Virus record (IMG/VR): IMGVR_UViG_3300021431_000109
Location: 15,017 to 79,016 of that record
Strand: one strand, 5' to 3'
Length of the DNA: 64,000 nucleotides
DNA from: a virus
Lineage: Duplodnaviria; Caudoviricetes
Made by a program: the position numbers and the translations under genes. Of this stretch, positions 18,091 through 31,600 are shown in pieces. Positions within the stretch are counted from its first letter, which is position 1. Each line of letters begins with the position of its first letter. The notes beneath the pieces were generated by a model, which saw only the letters and a list, made by a program, of their open reading frames with translations, was not told the origin of the DNA and did not search any database.

Positions 18091-19306
18091 TGTTTATTAT
18101 TCTCGTATAAATCATTTGGGTGAAACAACTGCGGAAAGAATTAGAAGCGGTGGAATTCGCTCATTCTATAAATGGATGGCGGAATCGCCGCATACAGTTA
18201 GACAGTTATCTGTCGAAAGAGGATTGTATTTTGATGCAATTATTCTAACTAGTAAGGATAAAGAATATTAGAAAATAATGTTTTTAAATGTAGCAAATAA
18301 TATTCCTCTTGAAGTTGGAGATATAATGAATTGGCAAATAGATGATGGCTCTATTGAAAAATGGCTATTAATTTCAGAAGAAAAGAAAGTTAATGGTACT
18401 TATCGTACTTTCTGGATTGTTCGTTGTAACTATTTAATTAAATGGATAGATGATGATGGACATCTACAATCTTCTTGGAGTTATTTTGTGAGTTCTTTAG
18501 ATTCTAAAATTAAGGGAAATTATAGAACCTGGAACCACTTAATTACTCCACAGCCAAATAAATACGCGGAAATTTTAATGCCGCGGCGTACTATTAGCCG
18601 GGCTACTAATTTCATAGTAGAAGAAGAGTCTTGGCAATTGATTGAATATGACCACACTAGTGTGCCAGGAACAATATATTTATCTCTAACTGAAAATAAG
18701 ATTAACACCATCTATGATGATGTTGAAAATAATATAGCTGATTTGGATAAGCGCGCGAAATATACTCTGGTTCTACCACCTACAACATAGGTATTTAAAA
18801 TTGATAGCTTTATTAATCCAGTTTTTACCATTATGAAAAATGGAGTACCTGTGCAAATGGATTATGACTTAATTAGTCTTAATAAGAAAGTTGCTCGTAT
18901 GGAAGATGATTAGCTAAAAGCAATCGGCGCGGGAGAAACAGATATTTAGGTAAAACTAAAAGACTGTACTGATATTGAACCAGATGATTTATTTATCCAC
19001 ATTTAGGTTGATGCCGCGGCTGAAGCTGAATTTTCTTGTTATATTGAAGGTAAGGATACAATTCGACTTGGCCAGAAGCAAATTTATATTTTAAAAACTA
19101 TTACTAAGCAAGAAGATGAAGAAGGAAAAACAATGGATGTATCGTTTAGTATAAATGATACAACTCTTGCTAAAGTAGTTGATATAAGTAAGAATGTGTG
19201 TACAATTGAGGCGAATACTAGAAATAAATTAAATGAATTTGTATTGAGCGCGGAATATAAAGACGCTACTTATACAAAGCACATTAAAGTAGTTCCATTA
19301 TGGTGA
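18077..19306 (+). CDS. Putative head-closure/neck protein with Ig-like C-terminus, 409 aa (TAG=Gln)
   Basis: Continuous frame to TGA through several TAG; beta-rich C-terminus. Confidence 0.6.
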
Positions 19307-19317
19307 GGTGAGTAGAG

Positions 19318-19842
19318 ATGGATGAAGAAAAACAGACATAGCGGCGCTTCTCTGTAATGGGAGAAAATACTTTTAGAATTGCAAATAAGTTGATTAATAA
19401 TAAGACTATATGTCGATTATTAAAATATTAGACTAGGGACCCACTTGAAAAGAAGGACCCGATTACTGGCAAAGATTAGCCAGATATAGATGGTATTGAT
19501 TTATTACATAAACAAGTTTTAATAGTTCCTAAAGTATTTGATGACAGCACAGAAAAAATGTCATATGTTATAGCCGTATTCCATAATTTTGTGGTTAATT
19601 AGTTAAACACAGAATTTAAAGTTTCAACAATTCGTTTTGATATTGCTTGCCCTTATGATGAATGGGTACTTAACAATCAATCATTGCGCCCATATTTAAT
19701 TATGCAAGAAATTGATAACGATTTTAATGAGAAGAAAATGGCGGGTATAGGGACGTTGCAATTCTTTCGCGCGGACCCGCTAGTATTGACTCCATGGATT
19801 GGCGGCTATTCTATGTATTATAAAATAAATGAATTTAACTGA
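19318..19842 (+). CDS. Putative tail terminator/neck protein, 174 aa (TAG=Gln; missing from track)
   Basis: MDEEKQTQRRFSVMG...RPYLIMQEID...; four in-frame TAG, TGA stop. Confidence 0.65.
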
Positions 19843-20608
19843 TGATGAGATTTTGAAGTTCCAACGCGGGACTCCAATCTTATTAGATGATATATGTGCT
19901 GTTTATTCAGTTACTATAGGAGAAATAGTTGACTTGGGCTATAATACTTTTCAACAGTATCTAAGTGTACTGACTATGACTAAACCCCCAATTAGTTCGT
20001 CTAAAGATTCAGAATTTAGACAACTATTAGAATAGCTCACTGATTTCTAGTATCTTCTTATGATTGCTTCTTTAGATAAAGAAATGCATTCTTTATTAAA
20101 GGCGGCTTTCAAATTTTTTACCCATGAAGATATAGTAATTCTTTTAGATACTGCGCAAATTGTAATAGGCCCAGTGGAAGAAAAACACATTCTTACTGAA
20201 GAGAAATTTTATGAACTCTAGCGAATTTTAAAACGAATGTATTTCTTGGAACAAGAGGGTGAAGAAATTATTATTTACGATGATGACCCACCCGCGACTA
20301 AGAAATTAAAAATGCAAATGCGTGAAAATCGTGAAAAAGTTCGCCGCGCAAAAGCTAAAAAGGCTGCATAGGAAAAGAGTGATTTAAAATTTTCTGACTT
20401 AATCGGTAGTGTAACTATCAATAATTGCGGGCTAAATATGGAAAATGTTTGGCGTATTACTTATTATGCTTTTCACGACTAGCTAAAAAGAATGGGATGG
20501 CGTGATTAGTTTAATATAAACAATCGCGCGGCTTTAGCTGGCGCAAAATTACAAAAATCGCAATTGAAGCACTGGATGCGTTCTATTGCAGATATTGAAA
20601 AATCATGA
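19829..20608 (+). CDS. Hypothetical tail-region protein, 259 aa (TAG=Gln)
   Basis: Continuous frame to TGA through TAGs. Confidence 0.7.
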
Positions 20609-20631
20609 TTTAATTACAGGAGGTAACTACT

Positions 20632-21612
20632 ATGGCTGTAAATATTTTTGATAAATATGGCATTAAGGAAGTTGCGAATGTTTATTTTGAAGCTCTAGAA
20701 ACAGATGAAAAAGCTGGCGTCTACAAGGGCGACATCGTTCTATTCCTTGATACTCTAAAGGTTTCTACCATTGAGACAACTGCTGAGAATACTGCTGCGC
20801 AGGGCGGCTGGGGCAATCCTAAGCTAGTTCAGTGGGACTATGGTAAGGAAATCAACATTACTCTAGAAGATGCTCTAATGTCTCTTGAGTCCCTACGCTT
20901 CATGCTAGGTGGTGCTATTAAGAGAACCGTTAGCGAGACCGAACCAATTATTGTTCGTCATACTGAGGAAGTTGTACTTGGTACTGGCGGAAAAATGCCA
21001 AAGGTAACTGACCACTTAACTGGTATTGAAATGCATCCAAAGGCTACTTATGGTCATCCAATCCGTCTAATTAATCTAACTGAAGGCACTCGTACTCAGC
21101 TAGAGCCCGCTTCTGCTGAAGCTGCTGCAATTGAAATTGGCAAGGACTCTGTTATTACTTTCAAGAATCCTAAGATGATTGATGGCGTGGGCAATTCCAA
21201 AGCTGGCGTTGCTGGTGATCACGTTCGTATTTTCTGGGAAGAGATTCTCGATGGTGAGAATGATTCTGAAACCGCGGTTGAAGTAACCATTTCTCCTGAC
21301 ACCTTCCCTGGCACCTATAAGGTTGTTGGCGATACCTTCATGCGTTCTGAAAAGACCGGTAAGGACGAGCCATTCCAGTTCATTATCAATAAGGCCAAGG
21401 TTCAGAGCAATGTTACCATTACTCTACAGGCTGAAGGCGATCCTTCTACCTTTGAAATGACTCTAAACGTTCTACGTTCTACCAACGAGCGCGGCGAGAA
21501 CGAAATGATGAAGCTAGTTCGTTACAATGTTACTGGTGCAGAATCTGCTGATGCTGGTAATGACATTGGTTCTGCCACTGCTCCTGAGAGTGGTTCTGGC
21601 GGAGGCAACTAA
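20632..21612 (+). CDS. Major tail tube protein (326 aa)
   Basis: Position, strong SD, same codon bias as MCP, own terminator. Confidence 0.75.
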   Translation: MAVNIFDKYGIKEVANVYFEALETDEKAGVYKGDIVLFLDTLKVSTIETTAENTAAQGGWGNPKLVQWDYGKEINITLEDALMSLESLRFMLGGAIKRTVSETEPIIVRHTEEVVLGTGGKMPKVTDHLTGIEMHPKATYGHPIRLINLTEGTRTQLEPASAEAAAIEIGKDSVITFKNPKMIDGVGNSKAGVAGDHVRIFWEEILDGENDSETAVEVTISPDTFPGTYKVVGDTFMRSEKTGKDEPFQFIINKAKVQSNVTITLQAEGDPSTFEMTLNVLRSTNERGENEMMKLVRYNVTGAESADAGNDIGSATAPESGSGGGN

Positions 21613-21630
21613 TAATTTATGATATAATTA

Positions 21631-21666
21631 ACTAGGGACAGTAAAGCTGTCCCTAGTTATTTTTTT
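21631..21666 (+). terminator. Rho-independent terminator after major tail gene
   Basis: ACTAGGGACAG-TAAAG-CTGTCCCTAGT-TATTTTTTT. Confidence 0.85.
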
Positions 21667-21682
21667 ATGGGCGGTGAGCCAT

Positions 21683-22594
21683 ATGATTGATTAGTATTCT
21701 GGTGTAAAAGAACTATATGAAGTTGTATTGCGCGCGAAAACGCCAATGCAATTTGGTTCTAGATATATAGAAGCCGAAGAACCAGTTTTATATTTTGAGA
21801 ATATTAGTATGGCCCTTATTTCTGAAAAAAATAGTACTATTATGGCGCGTGGCGGTTGGGCTAATATGCCGCGAGTTATATGGGAAGATAGATCAGAAGT
21901 TAGCTTTACTATGTCAGAAGGTGTTATGTCCGCGATTAGTATGAGCATATTATTAAGCGCGAATGTGACGACATAGCGAGAAGACGAGCCGCTTTATGTA
22001 AATAAGCGAGAAGGGCCATTTACATTAACAGAAAAAGCTTTTGTTGAGTTAGATGAAAATGGAGAGGAAGTAGAAAAAGAACGTCATATTCTTAAACTTT
22101 CTCATTAGCCAATATATTATCCAACTAAAAAGATGTTTATTTTTGAATACGATCGTGATGTTGCGTAGAAAAAAGTTTATGGAAAAGAGTTGGGTAAAGA
22201 TGAATTAGGAAACGTTTATATGGCAGTTTGCGAAGATAAAGAATTAAATATAAACGCGGATATTAATAAAGAATACCTAGTGGATTACTACTATGAATAT
22301 GGAAAGAAAGCGTTAATCTATGCTATATAGAAAGAACGCTTTAATGGATTATTCACTCTTGAGGGTAAGTTTTACTCCAAGGATGAAAACGAGGGCATTA
22401 ATCGTACAAATATTTTGTACATGCCTAAGGTGAGAATTGTGAGCGATATTAATTTACGCTTGGGAGAAAGGGCTGATCCAACAGTGTCGGTATTCAATAT
22501 TATCGGTTTACCGGAAACGACTACCGATAAAAAGAACATGATTCTAGAAATCACTCGTTTAGACGAGGATATAGATGATGATGAGTTAATTTGA
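21683..22594 (+). CDS. Tail-tube paralog, 303 aa (TAG=Gln)
   Basis: Shares motifs with 20632-21612 (DQYSGVKELYEV vs DKYGIKEVANV; ARGGWAN..VIWED vs AQGGWGN..VQWD; PKVRIVSDINL..ADP vs KVQSNVTITL..GDP). Confidence 0.65.
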
Positions 22595-22634
22595 GCCATC
22601 CTTTAATGCGTAATTAAAGGGTGGCTCTTTTTTT
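22594..22634 (+). terminator. Terminator-like hairpin before tape measure gene
   Basis: GAGCCATCCTTTAAT-GCGTA-ATTAAAGGGTGGCTC-TTTTTTT. Confidence 0.7.
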
Positions 22635-22659
22635 ATTTGAGAAAAAGGAGTGTGATTTT

Positions 22660-25600
22660 ATGGCTGGTGGCGGAGAAGCAAGTGTACGCGTACCGATTAA
22701 TCTAGAAATAGTAAATAGTTCACTTGCAGATATTAAAAAAGTATTAGATTCATTATCTCCTAACACAAAGAACTTTAGTGCCTTGAAAAGTATAGTCGCG
22801 GATATGGAAAAATCTGCGGGAGCTTTTGCCTAGAAAATGTCAGTGCCTTTTAGAAATAAAAGTCAATTCACTAGCGCGGGCAAAGACTTAGATAAATTCA
22901 TGGCGCAAATGGAGAAATTTAATTAGTTACGTGGTGGTTTACAACTAGGTGATTTTTAGATTGTAGACTCTGCATCTTTACAATAGCTTGCTGATTTAAA
23001 AAAATAGCTAGAAGACGCATAGAAAGAAATTATTAAAATTCAAGAGCAAACTTTACAAGGATTGTTTAATAATGCTGACGTGAGTGGTGCATTAATAGCA
23101 ATTGATCCTGATATTACTAAAAAAAGTTTTGAAGAAGTTGAAGCTATCGTTAATGAAAAAGTTGATGAAATAAACGATAAAATTGCTAAAATTGGTAGTG
23201 AAAGCGGCAAAGCTATTGATATTGGTAATAAGTTAAAGGATATTGTTGGTAAGAATTTTATTAGCGCCGATGTTCTTGGTGAAGATGTATTTAATCAATT
23301 CTTTAAGAAGAATGGTGCCTTTAAAGCTGGACAATAGAATCCTTTTGTTGAATATTTAACTCAAGCTTTTGATTTAACACCAGATTAGGTAAATAAATTA
23401 AAAGATTAGAGTGCTGCACAAATTAATAATATTTTAAATGATACTTTTAAGAATGGCAATAGAAGATTTTTCTAGACATAGCAAAAGAGGGCCAACGCAG
23501 CAGAAAAAGGCTCTGCGGATTTGGTGAATAGCTAGGAAGTGCTCGCGGCTTTACAGCAAGTATAGGCTGCATTTCATACAGCGGGAGCATAGAGCGAATA
23601 GTATCGTTAGGCATTGGCTAACTTGCATAATACTATGGACAAAGTTACTCAAAGTAGCTAGAAGCAAGGATAGGCTGCGTTAGGTACCAATTATGACGCT
23701 ATGGCCACGGCGGTGAAGAATTATAAAGCAAGTCTAGAATCTGCATAGGGCTCCTTAATGAAATTAGAACGCTAGCAGGCTACATTTAATTCATTAAAAT
23801 CTGCAATTACTAATTTCATGGGCTTTACATAGGTTCTTAATTTAGTAAGAAAAGGCGTTACTGATGCCGCGGCGCATATTAAAGAATTAGATACTGTTAT
23901 GAATGGTATCTCAATTGTTACTGATATGTCTACGGCTGATTTGTGGGGACAAGTTGATGCTTATACACAATTGGCGCAGAAATATGGTACTACGATTAAG
24001 GGCGCTTATGAAGTATCTCAAATTTACTATCAACAGGGCTTAAAGTCTAATGAGGTTATGTCATTAACCGAAGAGACATTAAAATTATCTAAGATTTCTG
24101 GTCTTGATTATGCAACAACTACTGACTATATGACAACCGCATTACGTGGTTTCCATATGGAGATGGAAGAGGCATCACGTGTTGTTGATGTTTATAGCGC
24201 ATTGGCTGCCAATACAGCTGTTTCTCAACAAGAACTTGCTGAAGCTATGACCCGTACTGCTTCTTCTATGGAAGCTATTGGTACTACATTCGAACAAGCG
24301 TCAGCTATGATTGCTACTATGGTCGCCGCGACTCGCGAAAGCGCGAGCAACATTGGTAGCGCTATGAAATCTATTGGTTCTCGTTATGGTGAGTTAACAA
24401 AAGATCCAACAAAATTAATTGATTCTGAGGGTGAAGAAATTAGTTTCAACAGAGTTGATGCTGCATTAAAATCTGTTGGTATCTCTATGCAAACAGCAGA
24501 TCATCAATTCAGAAGTTTTACCGAGGTTATTCTTGAGCTATCCGATGCTTGGGATACTTTAGATAGTAGACAGCAACGTTATATTGCCACACAAATGGCT
24601 GGTAATAGACAGCAGTCTCGTTTTTTAGCGTTGGTTTCTAATGGTGATGAATTACGTAGAAATTTAGAAATTGCTGAAAATAGTGAGGGCACTGGCTCTG
24701 AACAGGCATTAAAATATTTAGATAGTTTAGAAGCTAAGTTGAATTAGGTTTAGACTGCATGGTAGGAGTTTTATACTACCGTTGGCTTTGAAAATGCTTG
24801 GAAAGGATTTTTAGATGGGATTACTGAAGTATTAAATACTTTAAATGGGTTAGATAAAGCTTTTGGTAAATTTCCATTAGTTGCTATTGGTGCAATTACT
24901 ACAGCTGTTAATACTATAAAAACTATAAGTCTTGCTGCTCTAGCGGGTTTAGCGAAGACAATACGGCCATATATTTAGGCCGCGGGCGCAGAAGCAACAG
25001 CTGAGGCTGGTATTTAGGCTCAGTAGGCAGCAACTGAATATAAGACCAAATTATAGGCATTTTTAGGTAATCATTAGAAAGGTATTAGTACATTTAGTAC
25101 TATCGCCTCAGCAGCAGCGGGAGCCTTAAGTACTATTAGTCTTGTTATGGACCGTAGTACAGATTCAGCAAGAAAAAATGCTAAAGCATGGGCTGATATT
25201 AGTGGTATATTATAGGTAATTAGCGGTTTTGGACAATTAGCTACTAAAAATTATGGCGGAGCGATTTTATCTTTCGCTACTGCAATTACTACATTTATAT
25301 AGGGAAAAAATTTACTCGATGATAGTTTAGAAGAAAAGGCTAATCGTTTTTAGCAATCTGCCGATGAGCTTAAAAATAAGGCGCAATAGTTAAAATCTGA
25401 TGAACGCTCTTTAACTAGTTTAAAAAAGAAGTATGATGAGTTAGAAGAGCATCGTTATGATAGTGAAGAAGCGGCATAGGCTTTTTAGGAAGTTTAGAAT
25501 GAAATAGCGGAAAAATTCCCGGAATTAGTTAATGCTTATGATTCAGCTGGTAATGCTGTGATAGAAGCAACAACATTAGAAGAACGTTTAACTGCCGCGC

Positions 25601-28600
25601 GTTTAGCTGCTGCACAAGCTAGCACGGCCGCGGCGGAAGCAGAAATTTAGTATTAGAAAGCTCAAGCAGAAGTAAATAGAATTAAATATAGAAAATAGGC
25701 TTAGGATTATAATGAACAAAATTAGAAAGCATTAAAAGAAAAATATGGAGTAGAATTATAGAGACGTGGCATTGCGGCAGAGAGTTCATGGAGTGATATG
25801 ATCGCCCTTGGTGCTGAGAATAATTCTTCTGGGACAATATTTGAAGGTATAATACCGTCTAGTAATCCGGTTTATAATTTACTAGATGATGAACATTGGC
25901 TTGCAATTGCTTTATCTTCTTTTTTAAAAAGTACTGGTTATCAAAATGAAGCTGCTGTGAGTAATATGGCAAAATTAGAAGAAGAAGAAGATTTAGAAAA
26001 CCTAATTAAATTATACCAAGATTTTAGAGAATAGAATAGAGATATTGTTACCTAGGCTGGTAGTTCTGGAGATTTACTTGATACAATTTTAGAAGAGCGG
26101 GAATCATTAAAAGAATATAACCAAGCTACTGATTAGTTATTAAGTAAATCTTATGATAGTGAAAATTTTAATGAATTATATGATAGCTGGAAAGAAGAGT
26201 TTGCGTAGGCAAGTAAATATATGTCTACCGCGCAATTAGAATTAGCTGGATAGATATAGGCTTCAATTCAATCTGCGCAAGCGGGTGTAACTACTTCTAT
26301 AGAAACAATTAAATAGTTAGAAAGCGTTGGCGTTCAAAGCGCGTTAAATGAAATTATTTATAATAAAGATAATAATATAACGTTATTGCAAGATAGTAGT
26401 TTATATACAGCATATTCTAAGAAATTATTATCGGGAGTTTCTAGTAGAAGTGAGAATTAGACTATTAGTGATTATGTTAATCAATATACAAATGATATAC
26501 AATTATTGGATAGTTGGTTAAATTCTTTAGACATATATGAACGTTAGTAGTTTGAAGAACGTTTAAAAGATCGCCGGCATTATAATACTTATGATAAATT
26601 AACAAAAGATTTAGAATTAGGCAACTTACCAACATTTTCTAATGGCCAAACTTTTGAACAATTTATTAATGATTATTATAATCCGACTGAAATTCAAGCA
26701 AGGGCTTAGTAGCATATTGCTGCCACGAGTGGAAAGGCTTAGAAAGAATATCGCTATGGTGTTGCTAGAACATTAAATAGATTAAATGAAGCGACATTTA
26801 ATACTTCCGCAGAAGAAGAATTTAATAATCAATTAATTGATTTAGTTAATACAATAGGGGAATATAATCCTGATTTTGATTGGGATTTATCAAAAATCCC
26901 GGCTCAATTTTCTAAATTAAGTAATGAATTACAAGATAAATTATTAGATAATGGTCTTTTAAATCCTGAAGCGATTGAATCATCTATGAAGGCCTTAGAG
27001 GATGCTGGGGAAGGCGGTTCTAATATATATGCCTGGTTAAAAGAAATTAAATCTGAATTAATTGATAATTTATTACTATCAATTCAAACAGAACTAGATG
27101 CCTACACCAAAGGCGCGGATACTGCAATCAGTAATATTAAAAAATTACAATCTGGTGTTGGCTTTGAGGATTTAAGTAAAATATTAACTACTTTAAATCA
27201 ATATTTGGATGATACAACTGGTCAATTAAGTATTGATGATTTTGATTTTGTTGATGGCAAATGGACAATTAAATTAAATTCTCTTGAAAAAGTTACTACT
27301 GGCTATACAAAACAAATGTCTGAATTTGATGGTAATTTTGAAGAACGAATGAAGGCATTTGATGAAGCTAAGAAACTAATTGAGCAAATTAATAATGGAG
27401 AAGCAATTAGTGATGTATCTATTCTAAGCAAAGCTGGAATTGCAGATGTAAATAAATATTTAAAATTAAATGAACAAGAACAACAAGAATGGGTCAGCGG
27501 TAATAGTTATAAAGAGCTTTCAAAAGCTATTGATGATAATAAAGAGTTAGCTACGCAACAAAATGAACTTTATAAAGCATATAAAGAAAGTTATGAAGCT
27601 AATTTATTACAATTAATTAATGATTAGAAGCGTATAGATAAAACCTTAACTTCTGTAATAAATAACCGTAAGGATATTCAATTAACCGATGTTACTAAAT
27701 TAAGTGATCAACTTGGCTTCAAAAATGTATAGGCAATGATTGATAAAGGTTTTGTTAGCTGGGTTAGCGATCATTATGAAGCAACAGCGGAACAATTACA
27801 AAAAATGTTGAACTATGCGACTCAAAATGGTAAATTAACAGATATATCACAAATCAATAACTATTAGACGCAAATAGATAAACTAGTCTAGGAGTCTAAC
27901 GCCGAAAATGCTTTTGCAAGTATTATTTCTAGTCCAGATAAAGTTACTGATGAAATGTTAGTTGCTTGGGCAAATGCTTGGGGTGTCAGTATTGATATTA
28001 TTAAAGAGCAGTTTATTAAAAATGCTGATGGAAAAACTTATACATTAAAAGGTACTGTTTCTGATTTTATTGAACGCAGAGGAATGAGTACATCAGACGC
28101 CGCGATTGAATATGCTAATAAATTACATGATGCTGTTAGTACTGTTTATAATGGAGTTACGTCCGCAATTACGAATGGTGAAGCTAGTTTAAATAATACA
28201 GCAGAAATTCGTGAAGTTATTGCTCCATTAGAATAGATAGGTATTGCTAAGTTAGATGAAAGTTTAAATAAATGGATTTTAACTGTAGCGGATAATAATA
28301 TTCAAGAAGTTATTAATGCTATTAACGCAAGCGATTTAACTCAAGAACAAAAAACAAAGAATATTGATTCAATTTTAAAAGCATAGCAATCTAAAACGTT
28401 CGATACGGTATTTTCTAGTATCTTAAAAGATACCAAGAATATTAGCCGCGATACGATGCAGAAGTTAGCTGATTTTTATAGCGTTTCTGTAGAAGCATTA
28501 TTAGCTACTGATGCATTTGAATTTGATACTAATACTTAGGCTTATGCGGTTCAAGATAAGAGCTATTTAAAATCTATATTAGCTACATCTAAAGGCAAAA

Positions 28601-31600
28601 TTAATGAAACTGCTTATCGTTCTTTAGAAGCTTAGCTTTATACTATGGAAAATGAATTTAATGGCTAGGCGATGGGCTTCTTATCTAATACTAACATTAA
28701 AGAGACAGATATTGCGGATATACTTAATAAATATCAAGAATCTACTGGCGACAATTTATTAGAAACTTTAGATGGAGAAATTATTACTTTCGCTGACTTT
28801 ATTAATTCATATTTTACTAGAAATGCTTCTGGTAATTTAGAGTTTAAAAGTAACTCTGAATTTAAAGCAGTCGCTAATAAATTAGGCTTAACAGAAGAAC
28901 AAATATAGAATGCATTAATACAACGCATATCAAATACTATTTCTAATTTGTAGTCGCTATCAAATGAAATAACTAATGGCTTTAATACGCCAGATAAGAT
29001 GAATGCGATTTTGCAGGAATTACGTCGCAGTTATTATAAAGGCACCACAGAAAAAGGAAAAATAATCGACTTTGATTTTTCTGATATATTTGAATATAAT
29101 GATGCTCTTAATAAATTTGTTTATACGCAGACTGGCATAGCTTTAAGAATACGCCAATTAAAATAGTAGTTAAAATAGGTCGGTAATAATAAAGATGCTA
29201 TTGATGCTCAACATCAATTAGATATGTTCATGGCTGAACTTGGACAATCTATTGACATTACTGGGTATTTAAATCTTGAACAGGGCACTAAAGAGTAGCA
29301 AAAAGCTCGTTAGGAACTTATTCGTAACGTTTCTAATTATAATGTCGCGGCATTAGAGCACACTGGTCAAATTGCTATTTCTTAGGAAGAATTACAAAAA
29401 GCATTAAATGGTAATTTAACTTCTATTGAAAATATTTATAAAACAATTGATAAAGATATTTCTTCTGAAGATTTAGTTGCAATTTATCAATAGCCTATAA
29501 CTAAAATATAGGGCGCAATTGATGCAATTGAAAAAGGCGGCAATACAATTGTAGATGAGACTACAATGTATTTATTAGGACTTAGCGGTGCATTAGATTT
29601 TAATAATTCTAAAAAAATTACTGACGGTAAATATCAAGTTGCTTTTAAATAGAGCATAACTAAATTAGGTGATTCATATTCAATTCTATATGATGCTCTT
29701 AAAGAAACTACACAAGCAACAACTCAATAGTTAAATGAATTAGCGGCGAAAATTGCCAAGAATTAGATGTCTAAATAGCAAGCAGGCATTGAATTAATGA
29801 GTAACGCGGCTGAAATGACTATCGACCAATTTGTAGATATATTTACTTCTCTTGGTGTAACTGTTGATAAGAATTTCTTAGCAGCTGATAAATGGGGTAA
29901 ATATCTAACTCTATTAGGCGGAGATAATTTATAGATTAAAGATCTAAGTGGCTTAATTAAAGAGCAAAAATTAGAAGGAGCTTTTTCTACTGAAAAAGGT
30001 AAAGAAGCATTATAGGCATATGCTGATTCTATGATTGAACAAGGCAATAGTATGCATGATCGTCTAATACAAATTGCAGATAATTTAAAAGATGCAAAAA
30101 TTGGCGATTAGATTAATGTTGCTGGTTTAGGATTAGAAAACGACCCAACGTTGAAAACAAATATTAAAGATGGTGTTTTAACACTACAAAGCGAATTTAT
30201 TAAAACTGTATTTACTGATCGACTATTAAGCAAGAATAGCTTAGGTAAATATCTAACTGATATAGAGCGAGCTACTATAGAACATAATAGAAGCTATGGT
30301 GCTTCTGAGCGCGCATATGCCGCGGCAAAAAATATTACAGATAATTGGGATAATGTTTCTTTTGAAATGTTGACCGAGTTTGCCGAAGCAAATAATATAA
30401 CGATGAAATCATTACTATAGACTTTTAAGCGCAATGCAGATGGCAGCTATAGTGGTCAAGGTAGTAAAATTACATTTGCCACTCACATGGGCCTTGACAA
30501 AAAATATATTGCTGATTTACGTCGTGAAGCAAATGAATTAGTAGATACTACCATGTCTGATGTTATTGAAGCGAGCATTCAACATTTACAAGACGGCTCT
30601 GAACAGAAGATTACGGTTACTAATGAAAATCGTGACATATTAGCTAAATTAGATGGTGAGTGGGGCAAACTTGATAATACAACTAATGAGTTTATTATTA
30701 ATACTATTTCTAAAGATGTAAATACTGTTATTGCCGCGATTAAGGCTACAGATGGTATTTCTCAAAGTTAGAAAAACCAATGGATTTCTTAGCTTTATAA
30801 AGATTAGTAGAGTAAAACTACTGCCGCGATTTTATCTAATGCTTTTAATAGTGCGGATAATTTGGATTATGAAACTGTAGCGCAACTAACTGATAAATTT
30901 GGTTAGAATTTTACTAATTATAATCGTATCACTGGAATCTTTTCTTTGGATTTACCAGCATTAAGTTAGTATCTTGAAGATTTAGATAAATTACCAAATC
31001 TATTGGGCATTCGTTAGGAAGCTTTAAAAAATGCTGGATTAGATAATGATAGTTTACGTGCGGCACGCGCGTAGGTTGCTTCTTTAATTCAATCTTCTAG
31101 TGTATATACTAGGGGCAATGCTTTAATAAGTGGGCGTCAAAATATTTCAGAAACAATGATCAATGATTTCTTAAATATAGCAGATATTTCAAAAAATGAG
31201 TTAATGAAATATATGACTAAAGAAGGCGATCATTGGACAATGAATGACAGCCGGGCATTGGCGTTTGCTAAGCGTATTGGTATGACTCAAAAAGAAATTT
31301 TTGAAACATTTGCTACAAGTACTACAAGTGTTATTGACGGTCTTGGCGGAAATATTGTTAGTGGATTTTCAAATATCTCTGATATGTAGAATATAGTTGA
31401 TACTTTAAGTCAACAAGGATATACCACTGCAAATGGTGGTCAATTAACTCTTGATGCTTTATTTGACTATAATGAATCTTTAGGTAAATTTATATTATCA
31501 ACTGACGGAATAGCAGCGTATGTAAATACTTTACGTAAGTAGTTAGATTAGGCTACTGATGCTGGTCAAAAAGAAATCGTCGATGGACAAATTAAATAGC

